Assembly: GCA_947600025.1 (NCBI GenBank)
Contig: CANQFY010000001.1
Span: 10,130-74,129 of the forward strand
Direction: 5' to 3'
Origin: an uncultured Oscillospiraceae bacterium
GTDB taxonomy: Bacteria > Bacillota > Clostridia > Oscillospirales > Oscillospiraceae
DNA: 64,000 nt
Shown here: positions 18,541-27,463 of the stretch, piece after piece
How the letters are laid out: each line of letters begins with the position of its first letter
Position numbering within the stretch: the first letter of the stretch is position 1
The notes under the pieces: model-generated
Told to the model about the DNA's origin: nothing
Databases searched by the model: none
The model's input: the letters and a program-made list of their open reading frames with translations, nothing else
Made by a program: the position numbers and the translations under genes

Positions 18541-19899
18541 TTACGGGCGCTTGTAATTCCACCATTCTCCGTCCTCAAGAGTCACCATGAACATATCCTT
18601 GTCATGGACATCCCGCTCGTAGACGTATACATACTCCATCTCTACATCAAAAATGTAGTCTTCCCCGTCGAAAGGGATCTCCACCCAGCCATGGGGCTGA
18701 TCCGTGGCGGTCATGGTACCGCTGATGGCGGTGGCGTCATAGCCCAGCCCTCGGGCCAGGGCCCAGAAGGAGGCAGCGAAGTTGTAGCAGTTGCCCCGCT
18801 TCTCCAGGAACATCATCTTGGCGTCGTCGATCTCCCAGCCGGTCTCGCCGAAGTTATAGCCGTACCGCCGGGAATAGGTGAAGCTGTCCCGGCAGTACCA
18901 GAAGGCCCTGCGCAGATACTCCAGCCGGCTCAAGCCCGGCTCCTTTTCCATGATCTCCGCCAGGATCCCGGCCACGATGGTGTCCAGTTCCCCGTCGCCG
19001 CTGGTGTAGCGCCCGTTGGCGTCAAAGGTGAGCAGCCCCACGGTGGCGTTGGATGCCAGCCTTCCCTGATCGTCGGCATAGTAGAGATATCCGCCCCGAA
19101 AAAAGTAGCCGGTGGGCAGCCCCTGGGGAAGGGGCAACGTCTCCACCCCCGCGGCCAGGGAGGAGCCGGATTCCCGGTCCACCACATGGGGAATGGCGGC
19201 CTCCAGCATCTCCAGATAGTCCGCCCGCTCCGGGGACAGATCCATGGGACGGGTGGCCCCTTCGGAAATGGTCACCGGCTCTCCACCCCGGCCCAGCAGG
19301 CCGTTCATCAGCGTAGCGAACTGGCCCCGGGTGACGGTGGCCTCCGTAAGGGCCGCCAGCGGTGACTCCAGATAGCTGGGGGGAAACAGGCTGGACAGAA
19401 CGGACTTGAGCTGCTCCGTGGGAACGGGATAGTCCCCGGAGGGCAGTCCCGGAAAGTATTTCATGGCCTCGCCCTGGGCCAGACTTGCCAGGGCGTTGAG
19501 CAGATCGTTGGCAGTCAGTTCCCCGTCCGGCCGGAGGCAGCCGTATTGATCGGTATACAGATAGGGCCGGTGGCCGGAAAGATCGGGGTAGATCCGGGCG
19601 GTGTACACCCGGTCCGACTGGATGGGCTGGTTGGAGGGGGTCACCGCCGCCCCCTGTTCATCCAGCCAGCCGTAGAAGGCCAGTCCGTTAATCTGTGGGG
19701 TGTAGTCCTGTGGATAGTCGCCCTCCGCCACGATTTCGGTCTCCACCGTCTGGCCCATGATCACATACTGGACGGTATAGGTTTTTGCCGGAGGGGCAGA
19801 CTCCGTGGGATTCCCGGTTGAGGCCGGATCCTTCCGGCAGCCCAGCAGGAAACAAATGCCCAGCAAAACCGGCAGTAAAATCCACGACTTTTTCCTCAT
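18541..19899 (-). CDS. Transglutaminase-like domain lipoprotein
   Basis: I prefer the ATG at 19897-19899 (MRKKSWILLPVLLGICFLLGC lipobox, GAGGAGG upstream). The C-terminal core reads GNCYNFAASFWALARGLGY...HGWVEI. Confidence 0.8.
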   Translation of the reverse strand: MRKKSWILLPVLLGICFLLGCRKDPASTGNPTESAPPAKTYTVQYVIMGQTVETEIVAEGDYPQDYTPQINGLAFYGWLDEQGAAVTPSNQPIQSDRVYTARIYPDLSGHRPYLYTDQYGCLRPDGELTANDLLNALASLAQGEAMKYFPGLPSGDYPVPTEQLKSVLSSLFPPSYLESPLAALTEATVTRGQFATLMNGLLGRGGEPVTISEGATRPMDLSPERADYLEMLEAAIPHVVDRESGSSLAAGVETLPLPQGLPTGYFFRGGYLYYADDQGRLASNATVGLLTFDANGRYTSGDGELDTIVAGILAEIMEKEPGLSRLEYLRRAFWYCRDSFTYSRRYGYNFGETGWEIDDAKMMFLEKRGNCYNFAASFWALARGLGYDATAISGTMTATDQPHGWVEIPFDGEDYIFDVEMEYVYVYERDVHDKDMFMVTLEDGEWWNYKRP

Positions 19900-20049
19900 T
19901 CCAAGGTCCTCCTCACGTTCATGGCGCCATTTTTCGCCTAATACAGTGTTAGTATACACCATCCGTTTTCTAAAATCAATAGTCAAAGCGTGAACATCCT
20001 GGAAACCCCGGGCCCGCCGGCGCTTTCCTGGGCGTTAAGGCCGGAACGA

Positions 20050-20433
20050 TCACCGTTTTCCGGCGGAAAAGGCCGCCGCCTCCCGGAGCCAGGCGACAAT
20101 CTGGCCGTCCACCTCCTCCGGGGAGGACAACAGCACATGGTGGGTCCAGCGGCCGGGATAGGGCTCCGAAGCGGCGTCGATCCGGGGATCTGTCTCCCGA
20201 CGGTTCAGGCCGAAGGTCAGCGTCAGCCACCCGGTTTTGGGCCGCAGGGCGGCGGGCCGAACCGGGAGGAAGGACACGCAGGCGTACATCCGCCGGTCGT
20301 AGAAGGAGATCTGGGTCTTGCTCACCTTCCGGCGGGTCTGGGGGAGCTGTTCCTCAACGCGCCGCCAAAGGGTCTGGTAAACGGGCAGCGCGTCCAAATG
20401 GGCCCCAAAGAAAAAGAGGATCTCTTCGTCCAT
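20050..20433 (-). CDS. Hypothetical protein (possibly DUF5655-like)
   Basis: 127-aa ORF with a good RBS (AGGAGG). The family assignment comes from memory of the sequence pattern only. Confidence 0.5.
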   Translation of the reverse strand: MDEEILFFFGAHLDALPVYQTLWRRVEEQLPQTRRKVSKTQISFYDRRMYACVSFLPVRPAALRPKTGWLTLTFGLNRRETDPRIDAASEPYPGRWTHHVLLSSPEEVDGQIVAWLREAAAFSAGKR

Positions 20434-20505
20434 GGCGTTGCCTCCTATACATTATAATAATAGCGTCCTTTCCGGGCTGCCCACTGAAAAATAAGGCGGC
20501 GGGGC

Positions 20506-21396
20506 TCACTCCGCGGCGATCACCCGCGCCCCCTGAAATTCCACGAACAGAGGCATCATCTCCCAGTTGGCCTGGGTGATGGCGGGGAGCTTTTTCGCCA
20601 GCTTTTCCTCCAGATGGGGGTCCAGGGTGATGCACAGCAGCGTGGGCCCGGCTCCGCTGAGGCAGAAGGCCGCCCCGGTGGTGCGCACCAGGGCCTCGAT
20701 CCGCTCAAAGTCCGGGATCAGGCTCTTGCGGTAGTTCTGGTGCAGCCGGTCCTGCATGGCGTTGCGCAGCAGCCGCTCGTCCCCCAGCTCCAGGGCCTTG
20801 AGGACCATGGCGCCGTGGGCGATGTTGTAGACCGCGTCGGAGCGGGGGATCTCGGTGGGTAGCACCGAACGGGCCAGCGGGGTGGGCAGGTCGAAATCCG
20901 GCACCAGCGCCAAAAATTCCCAGTCCGGATGGAGGGGGAAATTCACCGTCACCGGCAGGCCGTTGTCCACCATGGAGGCGGTGAGACCGCCGTAAAAGGC
21001 GGGGGCCAGATTGTCCGGGTGGCCCTCCATGGCGTTGGTGATGTTCAGCAGGCCCTGGGTGGACAGCTTGCTGCCCCGCAGCACGTTGGCGCCCATGGCG
21101 CCCGCCACCAGCAGCGCGGCGGAGGAGCCCAGCCCCCGGCAGATGGGGATGTTCGCGTCGATGTGGATCTTCACCCCCCGCACCTCCTCGCTGAGGGAGG
21201 CCAGCACGGCGCAGTAGGAGGTGTAGGCCAGGTTGTCCGGGCAGGTGAAGGCCTCGTCGCAGCCGGTGATCTCCAGCCCCGCCTCCGTCTCCTCAAAGGT
21301 CACGTCGGTATACAGCTTCAGGGCGCAGCCGAAGGCGTCGAATCCCGGCCCCAGATTGGCGGTGGTGGCGGGAACACGGATGGTACAGCGTTTCAT
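20506..21396 (-). CDS. thrB: Homoserine kinase
   Basis: N-terminus VPATTANLGPGFD (GHMP kinase). Overlaps the thrC stop. Confidence 0.93.
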   Translation of the reverse strand: MKRCTIRVPATTANLGPGFDAFGCALKLYTDVTFEETEAGLEITGCDEAFTCPDNLAYTSYCAVLASLSEEVRGVKIHIDANIPICRGLGSSAALLVAGAMGANVLRGSKLSTQGLLNITNAMEGHPDNLAPAFYGGLTASMVDNGLPVTVNFPLHPDWEFLALVPDFDLPTPLARSVLPTEIPRSDAVYNIAHGAMVLKALELGDERLLRNAMQDRLHQNYRKSLIPDFERIEALVRTTGAAFCLSGAGPTLLCITLDPHLEEKLAKKLPAITQANWEMMPLFVEFQGARVIAAE

Positions 21397-22865
21397 AGCG
21401 GATTCCTCTCTTTTTCTAATTGGTCAAGCACGAAAGGCAGGATCTCCTCCCGGCGGAGGGACCCGGTGTGCCGCTCCGGCAGCGTTTCCAGAATGGTCAG
21501 ATTTTCCGGGGCGGGGAGGCCCGTCCGGGCTTCCAGGGCCCGGAGCTGCCGGAAGCCGTCCGCCTCCTCCGGCTTTTCGCCCAGGGCGGTCAGCACCGCC
21601 GCCGGGAATTTGAAGGGGGAGGCGGTGGCGAGGACCACCGTTTCGGTGCCGTCCCCGGTTTGGCGCCGGTACTGCTCCGCCGCGTAGAAGCCGGCGGCGG
21701 TGTGGGGATCGCACAGGTAGCCCCATTCCCGCCAGATCCGGCCGATCTCCGCCAGGGCGTCCCCGTCGCCGCACCAGGTCCCCCAGAAATGGGTCTCCAG
21801 CGTCTGGCGGACCGCCTCCGGCAAGGTATAGACCCCCTGCTCCTCCAGCTGCTCCATCATTCCCCGGACGATCTCCGGGTCCTCCAGGAGCAGATACAGC
21901 AATCGCTCTAAATTGGAGGACACCAGAATGTCCATGGAGGGGGACAGGGTCTTTTGGAGGGGCCGCCGCCGGTCATAGACCCCGGTGCGCAAAAAGTCTG
22001 TCAGGACATGGTTGGCATTGGAGGCGCACAGCAGCTTCCCCACCGGCAGGCCCATTTTTTTGGCCAGGAACCCTGCCAAAATGTCCCCGAAATTTCCGGT
22101 GGGCACGGCGAAATGCACCTTTTCCCCCATTTGAATCCGTCCCCGGTCCACCAGGTCCCGGTAGGCCCGGCAGTAGTAGGTAATTTGGGGGACCAAGCGC
22201 CCAATGTTGATGGAGTTGGCGGAGGACAGCTCCGCGGGAAGCGCCCGGCCCCGGCAGGCTCGGAACACCGCCTTCACGGCGGACTGGGCGTCGTCAAAAT
22301 TCCCCTCCACCGCCCGAACGGTCACATTTTCCCCAGGCTGGGTCACCATCTGGGCCCGCTGGATCTGGGACACGCCCCCCTGGGGGTAGAAGACGCAGAT
22401 CCGGGTCCCCGGCACGTCCCGGAAACCCTCCAGGGCGGCCTTGCCCGTGTCCCCGGAGGTGGCGGTGAGGATGTAGGTGGGTTTTTTCTCCCCGCAGACC
22501 TTTTTGGCGGCGGCGAGCAGGTGGGGCAGCGCCGACAGCGCCACATCCTTGAACGCGGAGGTGGGGCCCCGGAACAGCTCCAGCACCGTAAATTCCCCCG
22601 CCGCTACGGTGGGGGTCATGGCCCCGGCGGGAAATTTCCCGGCATAGGCCCGGGCGGTCAGGCCTGCCAGATCCGGGATGTCCGGGAAAAAGGCGGACAG
22701 GATCCCGGCGGTCCGGGCGATATCGTCTGCTTCCAGCAGCGCCTCCGGCGGAAGCGCCGGGAGCTTCTCCGGCAGCAGCAGCCCCCCGTCGGGGGCCAGG
22801 CCCAGGATCACCGCCCTGGCCGGTTCGACCGGGGCACAGCGCCCCCGGGTGGAGAGATAACGCAT
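21393..22865 (-). CDS. thrC: Threonine synthase
   Basis: The ATG at 22863-22865 gives MRYLSTRG... Contains the PLP-enzyme motif FKDVALS. The longer track ORF adds an unsupported 21-aa extension. Confidence 0.92.
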   Translation of the reverse strand: MRYLSTRGRCAPVEPARAVILGLAPDGGLLLPEKLPALPPEALLEADDIARTAGILSAFFPDIPDLAGLTARAYAGKFPAGAMTPTVAAGEFTVLELFRGPTSAFKDVALSALPHLLAAAKKVCGEKKPTYILTATSGDTGKAALEGFRDVPGTRICVFYPQGGVSQIQRAQMVTQPGENVTVRAVEGNFDDAQSAVKAVFRACRGRALPAELSSANSINIGRLVPQITYYCRAYRDLVDRGRIQMGEKVHFAVPTGNFGDILAGFLAKKMGLPVGKLLCASNANHVLTDFLRTGVYDRRRPLQKTLSPSMDILVSSNLERLLYLLLEDPEIVRGMMEQLEEQGVYTLPEAVRQTLETHFWGTWCGDGDALAEIGRIWREWGYLCDPHTAAGFYAAEQYRRQTGDGTETVVLATASPFKFPAAVLTALGEKPEEADGFRQLRALEARTGLPAPENLTILETLPERHTGSLRREEILPFVLDQLEKERNPL

Positions 22866-22938
22866 AGGCTCGCTTCCTTTCGGCCCCTTTGCACAAATCC
22901 GGGGCGGGAATCGAAAAATACTTGCCAAAGGGTCACTA

Positions 22939-22967
22939 TTGCATTTTCGGTAAGGTTATGATATACT
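22939..22967 (+). promoter_or_regulatory. Candidate promoter for hom / aspartate kinase / asd
   Basis: TTGCAT, 17 nt spacer, TATACT. Confidence 0.5.
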
Positions 22968-23040
22968 GTTCCCGAAAAAAACGCAAGTATTTTTGCCGTC
23001 GGAGGCTCTTTCCCGGCAAAAAGAGACGGAGGTACCATCT

Positions 23041-24156
23041 ATGCGCATCGGACTGCTCGGTTTCGGCACCGTTGGTCAAGGCGTCTATGAACTGACGGGC
23101 CCCCGGCCGGATATGCAGGTGGCCTGGGTGCTGTGCCGCAGGCCATTGTCCCTGCCGGACGCCAAGGTTACCCACGATTTTAACGACATTCTCCTGGACC
23201 CCACGGTGGACACCATCGTGGAGGCCATCGGCGGCCTGCATCCCGCCCGGGAGTACGTCCTGGCCGCCATCCAGGCGGGAAAAAACGTAGTCACCGCCAA
23301 CAAGGCCCTGGTGGCCACCTTCTACGACGAGCTGCTGCCCCTAGCCCAGGAAAAGGGCACCCTGCTGCGCTGCACCGCCTCCGTAGGCGGGGGCATCGGG
23401 TGGCTGAGCGAGCTGGAGCGGGTTCGTCGGGTCGAGACGGTGGAGCAGGTGGGGGGCATCGTCAACGGCACCTGCAACTATATTTTGGACGCCATGACCC
23501 GCCGGAGCCTGAGCTATGAGGACGCCCTGGCCCAGACCCAGGCCCTGGGCTACGCCGAGGCCGACCCCACCACCGACGTGGACGGCATCGACACCTGGCA
23601 CAAGCTGATCGTCTCGGCCAACATCGCCTTTGGGGTGAGCCTGGACATTTCCGCCATCCCCGCCGCCGGCATCCGCCGGATCCGGGGGGAGGACGTTGCC
23701 AGGTTCCGGGCCCGTGGCTACACCTGTAAGCTGATCTGCCAGGCCTCCCGGGAGGGAGAGGCGTTCCACGCCTTCGTCCAGCCCGCCCTGTTCCCCCAAG
23801 GCGACCCCGAGGCCACGGTGCCTGACAACTACAATCTCATCACCCTGGTGGGCAGCACCTCCGGCCGGCAGAGCTTCCTGGGGCAGGGAGCGGGCCGGTA
23901 TCCCACCGCATACAATGTGGTGCAGGACTGCGTGGACTTTCTGAACGGCCGGGGCTTCTACTGCGGCTACGGCCCCAAGGTCCGGGTGACCAATGACAAA
24001 GCCCTGTGTTATTATGTCCGGGGCGGAGACTGGCCCAAAGAGCGGACCCGGGAAAACTGGGACGGCGCCGTCGTCACCGAGCCGGTGCCCATTTTCCAGA
24101 TGCACCGCTGGCTGAAAGAGAACCCGGAGGCCTTCATTGCCGCCCTGCCGGGGTGA
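23041..24156 (+). CDS. hom: Homoserine dehydrogenase
   Basis: The ATG at 23041 gives MRIGLLGFGTVGQG (NAD-binding fold). RBS GGAGG upstream. Confidence 0.92.
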   Translation: MRIGLLGFGTVGQGVYELTGPRPDMQVAWVLCRRPLSLPDAKVTHDFNDILLDPTVDTIVEAIGGLHPAREYVLAAIQAGKNVVTANKALVATFYDELLPLAQEKGTLLRCTASVGGGIGWLSELERVRRVETVEQVGGIVNGTCNYILDAMTRRSLSYEDALAQTQALGYAEADPTTDVDGIDTWHKLIVSANIAFGVSLDISAIPAAGIRRIRGEDVARFRARGYTCKLICQASREGEAFHAFVQPALFPQGDPEATVPDNYNLITLVGSTSGRQSFLGQGAGRYPTAYNVVQDCVDFLNGRGFYCGYGPKVRVTNDKALCYYVRGGDWPKERTRENWDGAVVTEPVPIFQMHRWLKENPEAFIAALPG

Positions 24157-24173
24157 GAAAGGGAGGGATCCCA

Positions 24174-25490
24174 TTGCTGAAAGTGACGAAATTCGGCGGC
24201 AGCTCCATGGCTGACGCCGCCCAGTATAGGAAGGTGCGGGACATTCTGCTGTCCGACCCGTCCCGGCGGGTGGTGGTGGTCTCCGCCGCCGGGAAGCGGA
24301 ACAAAAAGGATCACAAGGTCACGGACCTGCTCTACCTTTGCTACGCCCACACCCTCTACGGGGTGGACTGCACCGGGGTGCTGGAAATGGTCTCCTCCCG
24401 CTACATCGCTATCCGGGACGAGCTGGGCATCGACCTGAATCTGGAGGAGGAGTTCGCCGCCCTGAAGCAGCGGCTGGACGCCAAATCCGTGACCCAGGAT
24501 GAGCTGGTCAGCCGGGGCGAGTACTTCTCCGCCCGGCTCATGGCCGCCTACCTGGATTTCCAGTTCATCGACGCGGTGGACTGGGTGAAATTCACCCTGG
24601 ACGGGGAGGTGGACAAGGCCCGGTCCTACGCCGCCCTCCGGGCCATGGTCAGCGGCCGGGGCGTGGTCACTCCGGGCTTCTACGGGCTGATGCCCGACGG
24701 ACACATCCGCACCTTCTCCCGGGGCGGCAGCGACATCACCGGCGCCCTGGCGGCGGCGGCCCTGGACGCGGAGATCTACGAAAACTGGACCGACGTATCC
24801 GGCATCCTCATGGCGGACCCCCGGATCGTCAAGGACCCCCTGCCCATTCCGGAGGTGACCTACGACGAGCTGCGGGAGCTGAGCTATTCCGGCGCCCAGG
24901 TCCTCCACGAGGGGGCCATCTACCCGGTGCGGGAGAAGAACATCCCCCTGAACATCCGCAACACCAACGCCCCCGACCACCCGGGCACCATGATCCGGGA
25001 GCGGTTCGACTCCGACGCGGATCCGGACCGATTCATCACCGGCATTACCGGGCGGAAGGATTTTTCCGTGGTGTCTCTGTCCAAGCGGGGCATGAGCAAC
25101 CAGGTGGGGGTGCTGCGCAAGATCCTCACGGTCTTTGAGCGGCACAACATCTCCATTGACTACACCCCCAGCGGCATCGACAACGTCTCCGTGGTTGTGC
25201 CCACCGAGGCCATCGCCGCCAGCCTCTACCCCATTCTGGCGGAGATCCAGCAGGAGGTGAAGCCCGATTCCCTGGTAGTTTACGACCAGATCGCCATCGT
25301 GGCCGCCGTGGGCCGGCAGATGGCCTTCCGCCCCGGTATCTCCGGCAAGCTCTTCGGGGCCCTGGGCCGGGCTGGGATCAACATCCGCATCATCAATCAG
25401 AGTCCGGACGAGCTGAACATCATCATCGGGGTAGACAACCGGGACTTCGCCCGGGCCATTCAGGTGCTCTATGAGAGCTTCGCCATCTAA
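24174..25490 (+). CDS. lysC: Aspartate kinase
   Basis: KVTKFGGSSMAD N-terminus with C-terminal ACT-like repeats. The start is uncertain; I chose TTG at 24174, after GGGAGGGA. Confidence 0.88.
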   Translation: MLKVTKFGGSSMADAAQYRKVRDILLSDPSRRVVVVSAAGKRNKKDHKVTDLLYLCYAHTLYGVDCTGVLEMVSSRYIAIRDELGIDLNLEEEFAALKQRLDAKSVTQDELVSRGEYFSARLMAAYLDFQFIDAVDWVKFTLDGEVDKARSYAALRAMVSGRGVVTPGFYGLMPDGHIRTFSRGGSDITGALAAAALDAEIYENWTDVSGILMADPRIVKDPLPIPEVTYDELRELSYSGAQVLHEGAIYPVREKNIPLNIRNTNAPDHPGTMIRERFDSDADPDRFITGITGRKDFSVVSLSKRGMSNQVGVLRKILTVFERHNISIDYTPSGIDNVSVVVPTEAIAASLYPILAEIQQEVKPDSLVVYDQIAIVAAVGRQMAFRPGISGKLFGALGRAGINIRIINQSPDELNIIIGVDNRDFARAIQVLYESFAI

Positions 25491-25509
25491 TTTTTAGGAG
25501 GAAACCAAT

Positions 25510-26508
25510 TTGAAGGAATATACCGTCGCCGTTCTGGGCGCCACCGGCGCCGTGGGACGGGAGATGCTGAAAATCTTGGAGGAACGGAACTTCCCGGTAG
25601 GGAAGCTGGTGCCCCTGGCCAGCAGCCGCAGTGCCGGAAAGGCCCTGCCGTTTCGGGGAGAGGCTGTGACCATTCAGGAGGCCGCGCCCGGGGCTTTCCA
25701 GGGGGTGGATCTGGTGCTGGGCGCGGCGGAAAACGACGTGGCCAAGGCCATGGCCCCGGCCATTCTGGCGGCGGGGGCGGTGTTCGTGGACAACTCCTCC
25801 GCCTTCCGGCTGGACCCGGAGGTGCCCCTGGTGGTGCCCGAGGTGAACCCGGAGGACGTGAAGCTCCACAAGGGCATCCTGGCCAATCCCAACTGCTCCA
25901 CCATCATCACCGTTACGGCGGTGAACGCCCTGAACGCCATTCGGCCCATTCGGGCCATGACCGCCTCCACCTATCAGGCGGTGTCCGGCGCCGGGGCGGG
26001 GGGGCCGCTGGAGTTGGCTGCCCAGGTGGGAGCCCTGGCCCGGGGAGAGCAGGTCCAGCCCAAGGTCTTCCCCTATCAGATCGCCTTTAACCTGATCCCC
26101 CAGATCGGCTCGGAGCAGTATTTCGGCTACACCAGCGAGGAAATGAAGATGCAGAACGAGGGCCGGAAGATCATGCACCTGCCGGAGCTGAAGGTCAGCT
26201 GCACCTGCGTCCGGGTGCCGGTGGTGCGGAGCCACTCCATTTCCGTCAGCTGCCACTTCGATGGGCCCGTCTCCGTGGAGGAGGCCCGGGCCGCCATCGC
26301 CGCCGCCCCGGGCTGCCGTCTGGTGGACGACCTGGGGGCCAAAAAGTACCCCATGCCCCTGGATACCTCCGACCAGGACCTGGTCTTCGTGGGCCGGATT
26401 CGGCCGGATCTGACGGACCCCAACGGGCTGGCCCTGTGGTGCTGCGGCGACCAGATCCGCAAGGGCGCCGCCACCAACGCGGTGCAGATCGCGGAGCTGC
26501 TCCTTTGA
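25510..26508 (+). CDS. asd: Aspartate-semialdehyde dehydrogenase
   Basis: VAVLGATGAVGREM N-terminus and the NCSTI active-site motif. Confidence 0.93.
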   Translation: MKEYTVAVLGATGAVGREMLKILEERNFPVGKLVPLASSRSAGKALPFRGEAVTIQEAAPGAFQGVDLVLGAAENDVAKAMAPAILAAGAVFVDNSSAFRLDPEVPLVVPEVNPEDVKLHKGILANPNCSTIITVTAVNALNAIRPIRAMTASTYQAVSGAGAGGPLELAAQVGALARGEQVQPKVFPYQIAFNLIPQIGSEQYFGYTSEEMKMQNEGRKIMHLPELKVSCTCVRVPVVRSHSISVSCHFDGPVSVEEARAAIAAAPGCRLVDDLGAKKYPMPLDTSDQDLVFVGRIRPDLTDPNGLALWCCGDQIRKGAATNAVQIAELLL

Positions 26509-26551
26509 GAGCGGCAGAACCTTCCATAAAGGGCATCCGCCCTTATCATAC

Positions 26552-26589
26552 GGCAGGCAGGAACCAAATTCCTGCCTGCCTTCCTTTTT
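26552..26589 (+). terminator. Intrinsic terminator after asd
   Basis: 12-bp stem (GGCAGGCAGGAA / TTCCTGCCTGCC) followed by TTCCTTTTT. Confidence 0.8.
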
Positions 26590-26612
26590 ACCCCCAGACG
26601 GGCAAAATCCAC

Positions 26613-27292
26613 CATTTTACCTTCTTATTTTAGTACATCCCACACTGTGGTTGCTCCCCCGACCCCTTCCGGGGGACCCACTTTCTTGCTCCTGCAAGAA
26701 AGTGGGCAAAGAACAGGCTTAAGGGGGCGCTAGGAGCCAACGCGCCCCCCTTAAGAATCCCCCCGCCGCTCCCCGATATTGCGTAAAAGCGGAGAACGTG
26801 TGTGGGCTTACGACTTTTAACGTAGATATGCAAAGTTTTAAGTGCAGTGTACTAAGCGGTGCGGCGAAAGTTGCATTAGCGAAAAAAGGTATTGCATCAA
26901 AATAGAAGTAGAAGGCTCACTAGTTTTCCACTGTACCGATTAAGAAACTCCGCTAGTACAATCTATCAATCAGCGCTTGGAAGAATTTGGAACGCTGCAT
27001 GATTGGTTTCGTACATTCACGGTAGACGAGCCGTAGGCCTCTATCGAATTCCCCCCGGCGCCTCTGGCGAGGCGGCGGGGGGGGTCCTTAGGGGTGGTGC
27101 TCCGCGCAGCGAATCTAAAATATTTATGATTGCCAGTGGCAATCATACCTCAATATACGCCTTTGCTCGAAGCGCCCCCTAAGCCGACTTCTTTGCCCAC
27201 TTTCTTGCTCGGCGGCAAGAAAGTGGGTCCCCCGGAAGGGGTAGGGGGAGCACCCCCGGTGCGGAGCGCACCGAAATAAGAAGGTTAAAATG
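26613..27292. repeat. ~680 bp foldback: two inverted copies of a ~170-240 nt GC-rich hairpin-containing module flanking an AT-rich ~260 bp core
   Basis: 26651-26689 versus the reverse complement of 27216-27254 gives 37/39 matches. The adjacent 20-mer GCAAGAAAGTGGGCAAAGAA is identical. The outer ends CATTTTACCTTCTTATTT and AAATAAGAAGGTTAAAATG also pair. Confidence 0.85.
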
Positions 27293-27463
27293 TGCGCCAG
27301 AGGGGCCCGGGGGGTGGGAATCCCATCAATTTATATCGATATAACTATACTTTTTCATAAAAATTTGTTGATTTTGCCGGATTTGTTATGGACAAACCAA
27401 AAAATTTGCTGTATGATATATTTATTGAAAGCGCGAAAATCAACGGAAGAGGTGAATGAATCC

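Noticed and set aside
22866-22928. N-terminal extensions in the ORF track. Affected genes: thrC (22928), hom (22993), aspartate kinase (24006), rnfC (27290), the ABC exporters (37764, 39445), transglutaminase (19986), udk (35244), DUF169 (49507) and the FtsX permease (53228).
   Set aside because: In each case an internal start follows a good Shine-Dalgarno sequence and gives the conserved N-terminus. The upstream extension overlaps a neighbouring gene, promoter or terminator.
22866-23040. T-box or other riboswitch controlling the thr/hom genes.
   Set aside because: Only about 75-100 nt lie between the candidate promoters and either start codon, too short for a T-box. No T-box consensus or specifier architecture is visible.
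26630-26833. 67-aa minus-strand ORF inside the foldback.
   Set aside because: It lies within the inverted-repeat arm, has no ribosome-binding site, and its sequence simply mirrors the GC-rich hairpins. The mirrored arm does not preserve a reading frame.
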